Source of the DNA: an uncultured Thermoanaerobaculia bacterium
GTDB taxonomy: Bacteria > Acidobacteriota > Thermoanaerobaculia > Multivoradales > J023
DNA: 43,732 nt
Assembly: GCA_964565225.1 (NCBI GenBank)
Contig: CAZMEL010000024.1
Span: forward strand, 1 to 43,732
Direction of reading: 5' to 3'
A program made the translations under genes and the position numbers. Shown piece after piece: positions 43,095-43,732 of this stretch (position 1 is its first letter; every line of letters begins with the position of its first letter). A model generated the notes under the pieces. That model searched no databases. It saw only the letters and a program-made list of their open reading frames with translations, and was not told where the DNA came from.

Positions 43095-43732
43095 CTCCGT
43101 CCGCAGCTCCCGGCGAACCGGAGACCGGCTCGCCTATGACCTCGATCCCTACCGGGCGAGCCTCGAGGGCGAAATCCTCGAAGTCGGCGACGACGCGGGC
43201 CGGGCCTACGTGGTCCTGGCCGATACGGTCTTCTATCCCGAAGGCGGAGGGCAACCCGCCGATCTCGGCTCCATCGACGAGTGGCGCGTGGTCGATGTGC
43301 AGCGGGTCGACGGCGAGATCCGCCATTACCTGGAGCCGGGGAGCGGCTCTGCGCCACGGCTCGGGCCGACCCGCCTCGAGCTCGACTGGGAGCGGCGGTT
43401 CGATCTCATGCAGCAGCACACGGCGCAGCACCTGCTGACCGCCCTGGCCCTCGCCCGCTTCGGCTGGCCCACGACCTCTTTCCATCTCTACGACCAGGTC
43501 AGCGATATCGAGCTCGGCGTCACCGAGCTCGGGCGCGACGATCTCGAAGCCCTGGAGGCCGAAGTCGCCCGCGAGATTCGTGCGGCTCGCCCGGTAGTCG
43601 CCGGCTGGGTCTCACCCGAGACCTATGGCCAGCTGGAGGTTCGTTCTCGGCGTCTGCCGGCCGGCCACTCCGGCGATCTGCGCCTGGTGGAGATCGCCGG
43701 CATCGACCTGAACACCTGTGGCGGCACACATC
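43078..43732 (+). CDS. AlaX-like alanyl-tRNA-synthetase editing-domain protein (misacylated tRNA(Ala) deacylase). 3' partial.
   Basis: The ATG at 43078 overlaps the prfA end by 17 nt. Zinc-binding motifs HxxxH (QQHTAQHLL) and CxxxH (NTCGGTH). An N-terminal beta-barrel-like segment ([21 protein letters not shown]) matches AlaX-M/threonyl-alanyl tRNA synthetase SAD architecture. Truncated by the window end. Confidence 0.7.
   Translation, partial: MQPVLDSVRSSRRTGDRLAYDLDPYRASLEGEILEVGDDAGRAYVVLADTVFYPEGGGQPADLGSIDEWRVVDVQRVDGEIRHYLEPGSGSAPRLGPTRLELDWERRFDLMQQHTAQHLLTALALARFGWPTTSFHLYDQVSDIELGVTELGRDDLEALEAEVAREIRAARPVVAGWVSPETYGQLEVRSRRLPAGHSGDLRLVEIAGIDLNTCGGTH

Overview
This is a 43.7-kb, very GC-rich (about 68-70%) bacterial chromosomal segment with about 29 protein-coding genes. 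I found no rRNA, no convincing tRNA and no CRISPR array. Most of the sequence is coding, and genes are often linked by ATGA/TGATG start-stop overlaps. All coordinates, identities and motif matches were read by eye from the sequence and the ORF track; none has been checked computationally.

Genes in order:
- (+) A 5'-partial BNR/Asp-box (sortilin-like) protein with an in-frame TAG at 44-46.
- (-) A long same-strand string: YciI-like protein, an ECF sigma factor with a C-terminal extension, a 1381-aa secreted protein made of about a dozen carboxypeptidase-regulatory-like beta-sandwich repeats, a CrtI/phytoene-desaturase-like FAD oxidoreductase, and the M3 peptidase Dcp. The last three are coupled by ATGA overlaps. 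A perfect 312-bp in-frame tandem duplication spans the junction of the giant gene and the oxidoreductase.
- (+) A VOC/glyoxalase-family protein.
- (-) The most unusual locus: an NfeD/YqiJ-like membrane protein, a flotillin (SPFH/YqiK-like) protein, and a 1892-aa protein with a beta-rich N-terminal domain, very long coiled coils and an AAA_5 (MoxR/dynein-type) ATPase module. A secreted Cys/Thr-rich protein follows on the same strand.
- A roughly 310-bp array of REP-like repeats (core GCCACCTGTG[C/A]TGATCC), then (+) an IS200/RAYT-like HuH-Y1 transposase gene. A related REP-like doublet sits 10 kb away between two convergent genes.
- (-) A 763-aa Rossmann-motif hypothetical protein.
- (+) A CRTAC1/ASPIC-UnbV FG-GAP protein, a TPR protein, and a GT-C-like membrane protein with TPR repeats; (-) a YfhO-like membrane protein.
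- (+) A crotonase; (-) a membrane-anchored hypothetical protein.
- (+) A tightly overlapped vanZ-metF-dacB trio; (-) a membrane SGNH/GDSL hydrolase.
- (+) rpmE (L31), prfA (RF1) and a 3'-partial AlaX-like tRNA-editing protein.

I rejected many long antisense ORFs as GC-driven artefacts.
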